Assembly (NCBI GenBank): GCA_047601445.1
Contig: JASGJH010000001.1
Span: 1,312,001-1,376,000 of the forward strand
Origin: Myxococcales bacterium
GTDB lineage: Bacteria; Myxococcota_A; Polyangia; Polyangiales; DASUME01
DNA length: 64,000 bases
Direction of reading: 5' to 3'
Shown: positions 1 through 10,299 of the stretch, one piece after another
How positions within the stretch are numbered: the first letter of the stretch is position 1
Layout of the letters: each line of letters opens with the position of its first letter
Notes under the pieces: generated by a model
Database searches by the model: none
What the model was told of the DNA's origin: nothing
The model's input: only the letters and a program-made list of their open reading frames with translations
Made by a program: the position numbers and the translations under genes

Positions 1-2
1 GG

Positions 3-821
3 CAGCGCGACCTCGGACTTACCGCGCGCGGTCGCGACTACGCTGCCCTTCGGATCGATCAGGGTTAGTTCGAGCTCGCTGTCTGCCGAGTCCGTCGCCG
101 ACAGCACGCGGTAACACTGGTCCGCAGCAAGCACGACCTCGCGCTTACGCGGCGAGTCGGCCGACACGTCCTCTTCGCGCACCGGCGTCATCGCGGCGAG
201 GCCCGCGGCCCGCTTGGCCGCGGCGTTCTGCACGCGCTTGCTCGGGCTGGGCTGCGGTGGGACGGGTTTCGCTGCGTCGGCGGGGGACGCCTTCGTCGAG
301 TCTTGTGCAACTCCGGCAGCCTGAGTAGCAGGAGCAACCGCAGTCTCCGTGCTGACCACCCCCCACACGCCGAGCGCAAAGTGCGCGGCCTGCTCGCTGT
401 GGAGACGAACCGTCAGCTTCTCGTCGGCCGTGCCGCTGCAGTAGCGGATGGCCGCGTTGGGCCCGCTCGCATCGTCCGCCAGCGTGGGGCCCCCCTTGAC
501 CTCCAGGCTCAGCGTCACGTCGGGCACCGCTTCGTCGACGCTCGCCGCCGCGACGACGCACTGTTTCGAGGCGAGCTTGAGGCTGACGGTCTGCCCCGCG
601 TTCTTGGCGAGCTTGCCGTGCTTCTCGACCAGGCGCTCGGCCGATGCGCCCTTGCCCTGGGCGAGCTGCTCGGCGCGGCCCAGCGCGTCGGGCGCGGCCG
701 AAGCGGTCCCGGCCCAACCACCGAGCCCGAGGATGAGCGCGGCCAGGGACGTGAAAGGCCGCGCCCCACGCAGGGGAAGCGGCGAAACGAAGGAAGGGCG
801 GAGGTGCTTGGTGGTGGACAT
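3..821 (-). CDS. Secreted hypothetical protein with repeated Cys-containing beta-sandwich-like modules (runs off the left edge; absent from the ORF track)
   Basis: Manual translation from ATG 821: MSTTKHLRP...LAALILGLGGWAGTASA (signal-like). Two similar modules, VSLKLASKQCVVAAA...DVTLSL and EVVLAADQCYRVLSA...ELELTL, are separated by a Pro/Ala linker. The frame stays open to the edge. Confidence 0.75.
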   Translation of the reverse strand, partial: MSTTKHLRPSFVSPLPLRGARPFTSLAALILGLGGWAGTASAAPDALGRAEQLAQGKGASAERLVEKHGKLAKNAGQTVSLKLASKQCVVAAASVDEAVPDVTLSLEVKGGPTLADDASGPNAAIRYCSGTADEKLTVRLHSEQAAHFALGVWGVVSTETAVAPATQAAGVAQDSTKASPADAAKPVPPQPSPSKRVQNAAAKRAAGLAAMTPVREEDVSADSPRKREVVLAADQCYRVLSATDSADSELELTLIDPKGSVVATARGKSEVAL

Positions 822-1002
822 CGGAGCCTATGACGCGCGGGGGCCGCACTTGTTCGCGCGGCCGCCGGGGCTGGGATGGGCCGGAATCTTGCTGCAAGTC
901 AGCTGGATTCACATCGAAAAACCGCGAGTGTAACCCACCCCACCTTGCACTTTTTTGGGGTTGAACCAATCGCGTCGTTCGCCCAGCCTACACGTGCCAG
1001 AC

Positions 1003-2589
1003 ATGTCGAAGGCACTCCCACAATTCGGCTCCTACGAGGCCGTGCGTCGGCTCGGAGCAGGCGGCATGGCCGAGACCTTCGTCGCCGTGCGCCGCGGGCC
1101 GGGCGGGTTCGAGCAGAAGGTCTGCATCAAGCGCGTGCTCCCCGCCTATGCCGAGGACCAGGAATTCGTCGAGGCCTTCCTCCGGGAGGCCAGGACCTCT
1201 GCCACGCTGCGACACGCCAACATCGTACAGGTCCTGGACTTCGGTCTGGCCGAGGGCTCCTACTACCTGGCGCTCGAGCTCATCGACGGCCTCGATTTGC
1301 GCGCTTTGCTGCAAGCGCAGGGCGACGCGGGGCGCCGCCGGCTCAGCGCAGACGTGGTCAGCTTGGTGGCCGGAGAGCTTGGCGCCGCGCTCGAACACGC
1401 CCATGCCAGCGACGACGAGCGCGGCTCCGTGGTGCACCGTGACGTGTCCCCTTCGAACGTGCTGGTGAGCCCCGCCGGCGAGGTCAAGCTCACGGACTTC
1501 GGCATCGCCCGCGCGCTCGGCGGCACGCACCTCACCAGGACCGGCGTCATCAAGGGCAAGATCCCCTACCTGCCTCCCGAGTACATCGAGCGCGGCGAGT
1601 TCGATCAACGTGGCGATCTGTTCTCGCTCGGTGTGTTGCTATTCGAGCTCTTGGCCGGGGTGCGGCCCTTCGACGGTGAATCCGATTTGGACACGGTCCG
1701 CCGCATCGTGGACGGCGAGCGTTCGACCCTGGCCGAACTCGCGCCCGAAGCGCCCGCCGCGCTGGTCGACTGCGTAGAGCGCTTGTTGGCCCATGCCTCC
1801 GCAGAGCGTTTCGCCTCGGCCAGTGAGTTCGTGGATGCGCTCCCGGCCTCGAGCACCCATGCCGCGCGCCGCGAGTTGGGGGCGCTCGTCGACGAGCGGG
1901 TGCGCGCACAGCGGGCGAGCGGGCGGCTGCCCGCGAAGTCGGTACCGCCAGTCCAGGTTGCCGCTGAAGACCCGGGCCAGGCCCCGACGCTCACCGCACC
2001 GCCTCCCCAGGGGCCAACCCGGATCGCAGTGCCCACTCCCGCCACGCGCACGCACAAGCCGCCGCGCAAGCAGCCAAGTCGCGGTCGTAAGGGGCCGCTG
2101 GTGGCGCTCGGGGGCGCAGGGGCCGCGCTGCTGGCCTTGTTGGTGGCGATGGCCTTCAAGGGGACCGATGCAATCGCCGGTGCCCACGCCGCTGAGCCCG
2201 AAACCCGCCGTGCGCGAAGCCCAGCCGCAAGCCCCGACTCGTCGCCCGCGCAAGCAAGCCCCAGCTCGCCTACCCTCGGCCCCAGCACGATCACTCTGGC
2301 GGCCACGCCGCCTACCGCGCGGCAGCTCGTGTCGGCTCCGGCCACGCCCGCTCCTGAGGCGGAGCGCACAGCGCGCGCTCCGGCCGAGCTCCGCGTGGTG
2401 GTCTTTCCATTCGGCGACGTGTGGGTCGATGGCAAGTCACTCGGACACGCGCCAGTGTCCATCAAGTTGCCCGCGGGTCCCCACGAGATAGGCGTCGGCG
2501 ACGGCCGCCCCGATCAGCGTCGCTCCCTGGTGCTGCACGCTGGCCAGCACGAAAACCTGGTCTTTCGCCGCGAAATAGACGCGCGCTGA
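1003..2589 (+). CDS. Hanks-type Ser/Thr protein kinase with TM helix and C-terminal PEGA-like domain
   Basis: LGAGGMAE, CIKR, HRDVSPSN, DFGIA, GKIPYLPPE; TM near aa 370; VWVDGKSLGHAPVSIKLPAGPHEI. Confidence 0.93.
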   Translation: MSKALPQFGSYEAVRRLGAGGMAETFVAVRRGPGGFEQKVCIKRVLPAYAEDQEFVEAFLREARTSATLRHANIVQVLDFGLAEGSYYLALELIDGLDLRALLQAQGDAGRRRLSADVVSLVAGELGAALEHAHASDDERGSVVHRDVSPSNVLVSPAGEVKLTDFGIARALGGTHLTRTGVIKGKIPYLPPEYIERGEFDQRGDLFSLGVLLFELLAGVRPFDGESDLDTVRRIVDGERSTLAELAPEAPAALVDCVERLLAHASAERFASASEFVDALPASSTHAARRELGALVDERVRAQRASGRLPAKSVPPVQVAAEDPGQAPTLTAPPPQGPTRIAVPTPATRTHKPPRKQPSRGRKGPLVALGGAGAALLALLVAMAFKGTDAIAGAHAAEPETRRARSPAASPDSSPAQASPSSPTLGPSTITLAATPPTARQLVSAPATPAPEAERTARAPAELRVVVFPFGDVWVDGKSLGHAPVSIKLPAGPHEIGVGDGRPDQRRSLVLHAGQHENLVFRREIDAR

Positions 2590-2637
2590 GGAGAGGAGCT
2601 CCTCCGCTCAGCGCGCTCGAACAGCAGCCAGGCGAGC

Positions 2638-4602
2638 TCAGGTCTCTTCGAGTGCCGTCTCGCGCTGCTGCTCCAGCAGCCCCACGCTGATGGCCAGCGC
2701 CTTGCGCACGCGCTCGAGCAACTCGCTGTCGGACGCCAGCTTGTCGCTCTGACGCTTCACCTGGCCCTGCGAATCGGCCAACGCCCCCTCGAGTTCCACG
2801 ATGCGCGCGGTCTGCTGCGCTTCGGTGCGCTCGTGGGACGCGATGCTGGCGCGCGCCGCCGAGAGCTCGTTCTGGGCCCGGTCGCGCTCTTCGGTGCGCC
2901 CCTGCAGATCGCCCTCGAGACCCGCGATCTTGCCGCGCAGAGTGGCTTCCATCTCCTGCTTGGCCTGCTCCGTCTCCTCGAGGCGCTCCCCGAGCAGAGC
3001 TCCCTTGGACTCGGCCTCGCTGAGCTTGCGTCCGAGGATCGCCAGCTCCTTGCCGTGCTTGTCTTCGACGTCCTTGAGCGCAGCGGCCTGACGTGCCTCG
3101 AGCTCCTTGCGCAGCCCCTCGAGCGCCGCGTTCTTGGCGGTCTCGGCGTCGCCGAGCTTGCGCGCGAGATCCGTCGCGTGCTGTGCAGCAGCCTCGTCCA
3201 GGGCGCCAGCCTTCTCGGCGGCGGCGTCAGCCAAAGCGCGCGCGAGGGCCGCGTCGGCCGCGGCCCGGGTCTCGCTGAGGGTGTTGGCGTGCTGCGTCTT
3301 GAGCTCTTCCGTGGCTCGCGCGTGGTTCGCGTTGAGGCCGGTGATCTCGTCGGCGCGGGCGGCGCGCTCGTCGGAGAGCTCCTGCTTGTTCTTCGCCTCG
3401 AGCGCCGACACGGCGTCACCGTGCTTGGTCTCCAGGTCGGAAACCTGCATCGCGTGGGACGCACGCAGACGCGCCGTCTCGGCCGCGGCAGAGCCTTCGA
3501 GGTCGCTCACCTTGCGCTCGTGGGCCGCCTTGAGCTCGCTGGTCTCGCTGGCGTGCGAGGTGCGGGCCGTGTCGAGCTCGTCCTCGAGCTTCTTGCCCTT
3601 CTCCTCGGCGCGCCCGAGGCGCCCCTTGAGATCTTCGAGGCGCTTGTTGACGGCTTCGCGATCGGTTTCGTAGGCCTTGATCTTGGCGTGCGCCTCGTCG
3701 AGCTGACGCTGCGTGCCAGACAGTTCGTCGTGCAGGTTGGCCTGGGCACGCTCGAGCTCGAGAGCCTTGTCGCTGCCATCGAGGAGCTGGCGGTCGCGTG
3801 TGGTGACCTCGTCGCGCAGCGCCAGGATCTCCTTGTCCTTGCGGTTGAGCTGCTCGCGCATCTCGAGGTAATCGCGGCTCGACACGCCTGCACCAGGCGG
3901 CGCCACGCTGTTGCGCACAGGCCGCTTCTCGCTCTCGGCAGCCTTCTTTTCGGCGCTCTCCGCTCGCTTCTCGGCGCTCTCGGCGCGCGCCGTCAGCTGC
4001 TCCAGCTGACTCTTGAGCTTGCTGAGCTCCTCACTGTTCGCCGGGGCAGCCACCGCTGCGGGCGCGGGCGGAGCGGCCGGTGCGGGAGCCGGCGCAGGCG
4101 GTGCCTTCGCCGCGACGGGCTTGGGCTCACTCTGCACGAGATCGTCGAAGGCGCTGTCGGCGAACGCGTCGATGTCTGCATCCACGTCGATGGAGTCGGT
4201 TGAGGGCACGGCGCTTTGCCTTTCGAGTGGAACAAGGGGAGTGAGCTTCGAGACCAGGTCGTCGAACGCCACCGGCAACTTCACGTACTCGTCCGCGCGA
4301 CGCTTCAGCTTCTTGTGAGCCTCGAACTGCTCCGAGAGTTGGGAGCCGCCCATGATGACGAACGGGATCTTCGACAGATCGTCGTCGCTCTTGAAGCGCT
4401 TGCAGACCAGGAAAGCTTCGCCAGGCGCGTTCATCGCGTCCGCAGACAGCAACACCAATGCGGTCGGCTGCGCTTTTGCGCGCGCAAAACTCGCGTCGCC
4501 ATCCTGCACTACCTCGACCGCAGCTCCGTATTGGCTGAATCCACTTTCGAGCTCCCGAAGAAAATTCGTGTCTTTCTCCAACACGAGAATGCGCTGGGCC
4601 AT
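2638..4602 (-). CDS. frzS: FrzS-like protein: N-terminal pseudo-receiver domain, Pro/Ala linker, long coiled coil
   Basis: FKSDDDLSKIPFVIMG...FEAHKKLKRRADEYVKLPV resembles the Myxococcus FrzS receiver as recalled. The phospho-acceptor Asp position reads Ser (LVLLSAD). About 450 aa of heptad-rich C-terminus. Confidence 0.7.
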   Translation of the reverse strand: MAQRILVLEKDTNFLRELESGFSQYGAAVEVVQDGDASFARAKAQPTALVLLSADAMNAPGEAFLVCKRFKSDDDLSKIPFVIMGGSQLSEQFEAHKKLKRRADEYVKLPVAFDDLVSKLTPLVPLERQSAVPSTDSIDVDADIDAFADSAFDDLVQSEPKPVAAKAPPAPAPAPAAPPAPAAVAAPANSEELSKLKSQLEQLTARAESAEKRAESAEKKAAESEKRPVRNSVAPPGAGVSSRDYLEMREQLNRKDKEILALRDEVTTRDRQLLDGSDKALELERAQANLHDELSGTQRQLDEAHAKIKAYETDREAVNKRLEDLKGRLGRAEEKGKKLEDELDTARTSHASETSELKAAHERKVSDLEGSAAAETARLRASHAMQVSDLETKHGDAVSALEAKNKQELSDERAARADEITGLNANHARATEELKTQHANTLSETRAAADAALARALADAAAEKAGALDEAAAQHATDLARKLGDAETAKNAALEGLRKELEARQAAALKDVEDKHGKELAILGRKLSEAESKGALLGERLEETEQAKQEMEATLRGKIAGLEGDLQGRTEERDRAQNELSAARASIASHERTEAQQTARIVELEGALADSQGQVKRQSDKLASDSELLERVRKALAISVGLLEQQRETALEET

Positions 4603-4838
4603 GCCTGCTCCTGGCCGAACCGTTCGTTCGGCTACTGCCCCGCGGCCTGCCGTAAATCGGCCGGTCGTAGATCCTCTGGGCGTCGTTCCGCCACGACGCG
4701 CCACCACCGCGAGACTCGATTTGGGAGGATAGTGGTCTCGGGTCTTCGGTGTCAACGCGTACACACGGCGAAACCGCGCGCGTTTTCGGAGCTTTACGGC
4801 GGGAGACTCGGCGGCCGCTCAGGAGCGGCGCTCAGACC

Positions 4839-5618
4839 TCAGCGGAGTGACGCGCGGGCGGCCATCCGCAGCGGATCTTCCGAGTTCGAATCGCCTACTA
4901 CCGCATACACGACGCCCTCGTGCTCCACGAGCGGGACCAGGTGCCCTGCCACACGCACGTAACGCAGGGTCCGACCCGCGGCCTGGGCTTGCTCCCCCAC
5001 CGGCTCGGCCTGGGGTGGCAAGCGAAACGCCACCACCGTGACCCGCCGCCCCGAGGGCGCCTCGTAGCGCAGGGTGACCGCCTTGCGCCCGCCAACCTCC
5101 GCGTGGCGCGCGCCCACGAAGTGCAGTGACGGATCGGCGAACTGCACGGGTCGCACTGGAAATCCCACGCGATCCTGGAAGTACGCAGGCACCTGATCGC
5201 CTTGGGCCACCTCGGCAGGATAGGAGCGTGAGTGGGCCCGCACCACGTCTTCGAACAGGGAGGACACCATGCCCGCTTGCACGGTGCGCCCCTTCATCTC
5301 CAACGCGCCCCCTACCCCGAACACGCACAGCGCCATGGCCGCAGCGGCTGCCGTTTGCCGCCAGCTACCGTCGAGCTGCCGGAACCCCGTCGATTGGGCC
5401 TCCTCGCGGATGGCGCCCTGCACGCGCATGCGGAGCTCTGCGGGTGCCTTCACCTTGGCTTCGCTCTTCAAGCTGGCTTTCAGCCAGCGCGCCACCTTCA
5501 CGCGTTCGCTGCACTCGCGGCACGCGTCGAGGTGGGTCTCGATCTCGGCCACCGCCAAGCCCTCGAACTCACGGTCCACGAAGGCGTCCAGGCAGCTCTC
5601 TACGCACGCGCAGTTCAT
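4839..5618 (-). CDS. Zinc-binding (ZAS/zf-HC2) transmembrane anti-sigma factor
   Basis: MNC...HLDACREC (HxxxCxxC), one TM helix, 4-nt overlap with the ECF sigma gene. Confidence 0.88.
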   Translation of the reverse strand: MNCACVESCLDAFVDREFEGLAVAEIETHLDACRECSERVKVARWLKASLKSEAKVKAPAELRMRVQGAIREEAQSTGFRQLDGSWRQTAAAAAMALCVFGVGGALEMKGRTVQAGMVSSLFEDVVRAHSRSYPAEVAQGDQVPAYFQDRVGFPVRPVQFADPSLHFVGARHAEVGGRKAVTLRYEAPSGRRVTVVAFRLPPQAEPVGEQAQAAGRTLRYVRVAGHLVPLVEHEGVVYAVVGDSNSEDPLRMAARASLR

Positions 5619-6301
5619 CGACGCGCCCCCAACTTCTTCTGGCGATACGCCTCGAAATTCACCGGCTCGGAGCTCTCCACGGTCTCGCTAGCTGGTGCCT
5701 CCTCGGCTGGGGCCGCGCTGGTTGGTGCCACGATGCCCATCTGCACCGCCTGCTCGTAGAGCTGCTTCTGGAGCAGCTTGCGGGCGCGGTGCAGGCGCGA
5801 CATCACGGTGCCAATCGGTACCCCGAGGGTCTCGGCGATCTCCTTGTAGGAGAGCTCTTCCACGTCGGCGAGCACGATGATCACCCGGTAATCTTCGGGC
5901 AAAGAATCGAGCGCCTCCAGAATTTCTTGGCGTAGGAGCCCCTCTTGGGCGAGGGAGACCGCGTCGTTCAACCCGCGAAGGGACTCCCGACTCATCACCC
6001 CTTCACCCACCGGCGAGCCCTCTTCGTGGTCGAGGGCCCGGCGCTCGCGCGCATGGCGGCGGTAATGGTTGATGAAGTTGTTGGTGAGGATTCGCAGTAG
6101 CCAGGCCTTGAGATTGGTCCCGGGCTGGAAGTGCTCCTGGAAGCGGTAGGCGCGGACCAGGGCATCCTGCACCAGATCCTGCGCCTCATTGGCGTCTCGG
6201 GTCAGGCGTAGCGCGGCGCCATACAGAGCATCCACGTGTTCGAGGGCGCTCTCTTCGAAAGACTGCGGCTCTTTGCGCTTGGGGCGAAGTCCAAAGATCA
6301 T
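5615..6301 (-). CDS. ECF sigma-70 family RNA polymerase sigma factor (RpoE1-like); start could be 6328 or 6358
   Basis: AQDLVQDALVRAY...NLKAWLLRIL (region 2); LSYKEIAETLGVPIGTVMSRLHRARK (region 4). Confidence 0.93.
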   Translation of the reverse strand: MIFGLRPKRKEPQSFEESALEHVDALYGAALRLTRDANEAQDLVQDALVRAYRFQEHFQPGTNLKAWLLRILTNNFINHYRRHARERRALDHEEGSPVGEGVMSRESLRGLNDAVSLAQEGLLRQEILEALDSLPEDYRVIIVLADVEELSYKEIAETLGVPIGTVMSRLHRARKLLQKQLYEQAVQMGIVAPTSAAPAEEAPASETVESSEPVNFEAYRQKKLGARR

Positions 6302-6397
6302 GCGGTGAGGCTCCGTGTGCCCAACCATGACTGTGCCGCGCTTATTCCAACGCGTCACCCTGGCAAAGCACTTTTGGACCCGTGAAATCCGGATGTT

Positions 6398-7021
6398 TTA
6401 GGGGCTGGGAGGCGGGGTTGGGCCGCCTTCTCCGCCCGACTCCGACTCACCGCCGACAGGCGAGTTCGCGCCCTCTTTCGGACCCTTATCACGCTTGCTA
6501 GGAATCAAACGCGATTCCAGCTCTTCGATGCGGGCCTGGAGCCGAGATATCTCACTCGAGAGCTCCCGAAGCGGAGCGACCACGTTCCCAATGACCGCAC
6601 GCAACCGCTCATCGGCCCGCCGCTGCAGGTCTTCGAGGGCTTCGAGGGCGGGCGCGATGACGCGCTTGGGATCCCGTAGATCCTCGGACGTGCGCGGGAT
6701 GAGCCGCCCGACGGGGCCGGCCCGGAACTGCGCCATCAGCCTTTCGCCGCCGGCCTGGATCAAATCTCGCAGGGTCTTGGTGCCGTGCTTGGAGGACTCC
6801 TCCGCGTTCTTCTCGGCTCCGTAGATGATCTGAGCCAAGGTGACGCTGGTCAGGTTCTCCTTGGTGCGATTATCGATAATCTGCACGTCTTCGCCGTTGC
6901 GGACCAACTCGGCGATCTGCGGCAGCGTGACGTAGCGACTGTCACGCGTATCGTAGAGCTTACGGTTCGCGTAGCGCTTGATGACGCGCGGATTCGTGCT
7001 CTGGACCTCTGAATCAGCCAT
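6398..7021 (-). CDS. PhaR-type (PHA synthesis regulator) DNA-binding domain protein
   Basis: RVIKRYANRKLYDTRDSRYVTL...DNRTKENLTSVTLAQII signature; C-terminal coiled coil. Confidence 0.85.
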   Translation of the reverse strand: MADSEVQSTNPRVIKRYANRKLYDTRDSRYVTLPQIAELVRNGEDVQIIDNRTKENLTSVTLAQIIYGAEKNAEESSKHGTKTLRDLIQAGGERLMAQFRAGPVGRLIPRTSEDLRDPKRVIAPALEALEDLQRRADERLRAVIGNVVAPLRELSSEISRLQARIEELESRLIPSKRDKGPKEGANSPVGGESESGGEGGPTPPPSP

Positions 7022-7120
7022 AGGCGAGCTTCGGACCAAGTAGCGCGTTCGAGAACCGATGGTCAAGGTGCTCGCCATCATTCGCTCGCTGAAGTTTTTG
7101 GCTATCCTACAAAAAGCCCG

Positions 7121-7930
7121 ATGAACGGCCCTGGTTCCGACACTCCGGCTGCCGATCTTGCCGCCTCTTTGGCGCGCACTTTGGCGGGCCTGCGCGATCC
7201 GTCGGTGCAAGTGGGCTGGGTACGCACCCAGCTCCAGGAGCTCGGCGCCGCGCGTGCGGCCGACGTCTTGACCGTCGTGCTGGCCCGGGCGCAGGAACGG
7301 GGCGAGGTCTACAGCACGCTGCTGCTCCGGGTGTCCCTCGCCCTGAGCGCGGAGAACACGCAGGCTCTCAAACGCGCCATCGCCGGAGTGGCGGAAGTGC
7401 GGGGGCAGCTCGCGCTGGCCCGCTTCCTCGGAGCGAACCTGGAGCGGCCGGACTTCGACGACACGGAGAGCGGCTCCCGGCTCGAGCCGAGCCAGACCGA
7501 CGCCAGCAAACCCGCCGGCAAGCAGCCGGATTTCGGCGGCGGCCGGCCGCTCACGCTGGGGGAGCGCAAGAGCATCGCTCGCAAACGCGACCGCAATTTG
7601 TTAGCTCGCGTACTTCGCGATCCCCATCCGGACGTGATCCGTATCCTGCTCGACAACCCGGCGCTGGTGGAGGACGACGTGGTTCGGCTGTGCGCCCGCC
7701 GACCCGTCCCGGCGCAGGTCTTGGTTCAGGTCTTTCAGCACCCGCGCTGGGTCCTGCGCTACCGCGTGCGACTTGCGCTCGCGCTCAATCCGCACACGCC
7801 GGAGGAGGTGGCCTTGCAGCTCCTGCCGCACCTGGGTCCGGCAGACCTGCGCGAGGTCGCTCAATCGGGTCAGCTATCCGAACGCGTGCGGGAAGCCTGC
7901 AGCGAGCGCAGCGACCGCCCACTGCACTGA
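7121..7930 (+). CDS. Hypothetical protein with helical (LRV/HEAT-like) repeats
   Basis: LLARVLRDPHPDVIRILLDNP and VRLALALNPHTP repeats; plausible codon usage. Confidence 0.7.
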   Translation: MNGPGSDTPAADLAASLARTLAGLRDPSVQVGWVRTQLQELGAARAADVLTVVLARAQERGEVYSTLLLRVSLALSAENTQALKRAIAGVAEVRGQLALARFLGANLERPDFDDTESGSRLEPSQTDASKPAGKQPDFGGGRPLTLGERKSIARKRDRNLLARVLRDPHPDVIRILLDNPALVEDDVVRLCARRPVPAQVLVQVFQHPRWVLRYRVRLALALNPHTPEEVALQLLPHLGPADLREVAQSGQLSERVREACSERSDRPLH

Positions 7931-7958
7931 GGGGCGGCCGAGGACTCACGCGCCTCGC

Positions 7959-8198
7959 TCAGCTCTTGCGCTCGACCACATCCGCGTCGTGCAGCTTGTC
8001 GTCCAACTTCTGAGCGCTCGACTCGGACTCGACGCGACGGTTCGTGGGGGTCACGTCGATGTCGTCATCGTGGTTCAGGCCGCGCTTGAAGTTCTTGATC
8101 GCCTTCCCAATACCGTCGCCCAGCTGCGGCAGTTTGTTGGCGCCGAACACCAAGAGCACGATCACGAGGATGATGAGTAGCTCTCCCATTCCGGGCAT
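7959..8198 (-). CDS. tatA: Twin-arginine translocase TatA/TatE subunit
   Basis: [37 protein letters not shown]. Confidence 0.93.
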   Translation of the reverse strand: MPGMGELLIILVIVLLVFGANKLPQLGDGIGKAIKNFKRGLNHDDDIDVTPTNRRVESESSAQKLDDKLHDADVVERKS

Positions 8199-8304
8199 TC
8201 TCACGTTCCGTTCTCCTGGCAAACCGTCACTACAGAAGGGGAGCGTACGCCCCGTCCCCGGTCCGAGCAAGGACAGGTCCAGAACCTGCTAAGAAGCGCA
8301 CACA

Positions 8305-9489
8305 ATGTTCACCGTAGAGCTGCATCGCGCCCACGCCACACCGGTCGCTTCGGGCCATCCGTGGGTGTTCGCACAGGCCGTGCATCGGGTGGTGGGAGGC
8401 AAGCCACAAGCGGGCGATGAGGTGCTGGTGGTGGACCCTCAAGGCAAGGCGCTGGGGCGTGGTTTCTGGTCGCCAGATTCAGCCATCGTCGTGCGCCTCC
8501 TGACGCGCGATCCCGAGCGCGCGCTCGATGACGCGTTCTTCCACGCGCGCGTCCGCGACGCGGTCGCCACGCGCAGACAGCTCGACCTCCCGAACGCAGA
8601 CACGACCGGCTATCGCCTGGTGCACGCCGAAGGAGATGGGCTCGCGGGTCTCATCGTCGACGTCTACGGCGATGTCCTCGTGGTGCAGTTTTTGACCCGG
8701 GGTGTCGCTCGGCGACGGGACGCGATCGTGGGCGCCCTGCGCGAGCTGCTTTCGCCCAGAGCCATCGTGACGGCCAGTAGCAATCCCTCCCAGGCGCGCG
8801 AAGGCGTAGCCGAGGAGACGGGACCCTTGTTCGGAGAGCTTCCAGATGCACTGCGCTTCAAGGAGCGTGGCCTGGAGTTCGAGATCCCCTACGGGAGTGC
8901 GCAGAAGACCGGCTACTACTTCGACCAGCGCGAGCATCGCGCGGAGGTGGAGCGCCTGGCCAAGGGACGCGAGGTGCTCGATGCTTGCTCTTACGTGGGC
9001 GGGTTCTCGCTCGCAGCGGGTCGCGGCGGTGCCAAGTCGGTGCTCGCCCTGGATTCCTCCCAGGCAGCGGTGGACCAGGGGGCCGAATTCGCCCGCAAGC
9101 TCGGCCTCTCCCAGGTGCGCTTCGAACGCGCCGACGTGAGAAGCGAGCTCGAACGCCTGCGCAACGACAAGGCTGCGTTCGACCTGGTGGTGTTCGACCC
9201 GCCGAAGCTCGTGCCCACTGCGAAGCACCTGGAAAAGGGGCGTCGCGCCTACCGCAAGCTCAACGCCCACGCGATCTCGCTGGTCCGGCCGGGTGGCACG
9301 TTGGTCACCTGTTCGTGCTCTGCCGCCATGAACGAGACCGAGTTCCTACGCATGCTGGCCTTCGCCTCGAGCGACGCCGGGCGCGAGCTCTGTGTGTTGC
9401 GCGTGGGGCGCCAGTCCCCGGACCACCCGCTCTTGCCGGGCTTCTCCGAGGGGAGCTATCTGAAGACCGTGTTCGCCATCGTGCGCTGA
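8305..9489 (+). CDS. RlmI/RlmK-family class I SAM-dependent rRNA methyltransferase
   Basis: GHPWVF PUA domain, RLVHAEGDGLAGLIVD, QKTGYYFDQR, SYVGGF, DPPK, TCSCS, EGSYLK. Confidence 0.9.
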   Translation: MFTVELHRAHATPVASGHPWVFAQAVHRVVGGKPQAGDEVLVVDPQGKALGRGFWSPDSAIVVRLLTRDPERALDDAFFHARVRDAVATRRQLDLPNADTTGYRLVHAEGDGLAGLIVDVYGDVLVVQFLTRGVARRRDAIVGALRELLSPRAIVTASSNPSQAREGVAEETGPLFGELPDALRFKERGLEFEIPYGSAQKTGYYFDQREHRAEVERLAKGREVLDACSYVGGFSLAAGRGGAKSVLALDSSQAAVDQGAEFARKLGLSQVRFERADVRSELERLRNDKAAFDLVVFDPPKLVPTAKHLEKGRRAYRKLNAHAISLVRPGGTLVTCSCSAAMNETEFLRMLAFASSDAGRELCVLRVGRQSPDHPLLPGFSEGSYLKTVFAIVR

Positions 9490-9501
9490 GGAGCCGACGT
9501 C

Positions 9502-10299
9502 GTGTTGCCCATCGCCTTCTTTCCCCCCTCCACGGCCCGCGCGCTGACCGGCGTGTGCTTCGATGTGGACGACACCGTGACGCGTCACGGCCAGCTCGAG
9601 CCGGCAGCCTATGCCGCACTCGCGGACCTGAAGGACGCCGGACTGAAGTTGATCGCCGTGACGGGGCGGCCGCTAGGGTTCGCCGAAGTGATCGCACGCA
9701 TGTGGTGCGTGGACGCGGCGATCGGCGAGAACGGCGCGGGCTACGTGGCACGCGAGGGCAAGGGGCTGCGCTTTGGATACTGGGACGACGCGGCGACGCG
9801 AGCGGAGCAGCAGCTGAGCCTGGCCAGGATCCGCGCGCGGGTAACGCGCGAGCTGCCCTTCGTGCAAGAGGCCGACGATGTGTGGGCCCGGCGCTGTGAC
9901 CTCGCATTCGACGTGGGAGAACGGGCGCAGCTGACGCGCGAGCAAATCCAGGCCTTGGTGAGCCTCATCGAGGCCGAAGGGGCACACTCGAGCGTGTCCT
10001 CGGTGCACGCGCACGCGCAGTTTGGGGACCACGACAAAGCGCGCGGTGTGGCGCGGGCACTCCACGAGCTGTGGGGCTTGGAACCGGAGCAGGTGGGGCG
10101 CGAGTTCCTGTTCGTGGGAGATAGCGGCAACGACGCGGCGGCCTTCGCGTGGTTCGAATGCACGGCTGGAGTGGCCAATGTGGTGCGTCATCTCGACCGC
10201 CTGCCGCGCCCTCCCCGCTTCGTGGCGCAGCGCGAGTGCGGCCAGGGTTTCGCCGAGATCGCTGCGCACATCCTGAGCGCACGCCGAGCGGTGCCATGA
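9502..10299 (+). CDS. HAD-IIB family hydrolase
   Basis: FDVDDT, VTGR, IGENG, HDKA, VGDSGND. Confidence 0.88.
   Translation: MLPIAFFPPSTARALTGVCFDVDDTVTRHGQLEPAAYAALADLKDAGLKLIAVTGRPLGFAEVIARMWCVDAAIGENGAGYVAREGKGLRFGYWDDAATRAEQQLSLARIRARVTRELPFVQEADDVWARRCDLAFDVGERAQLTREQIQALVSLIEAEGAHSSVSSVHAHAQFGDHDKARGVARALHELWGLEPEQVGREFLFVGDSGNDAAAFAWFECTAGVANVVRHLDRLPRPPRFVAQRECGQGFAEIAAHILSARRAVP

Noticed and set aside
145..969. Tracked ORFs at the left edge
   Set aside because: The edge-truncated minus-strand frame from ATG 821 has a signal peptide and a repeated domain, and explains the region better.
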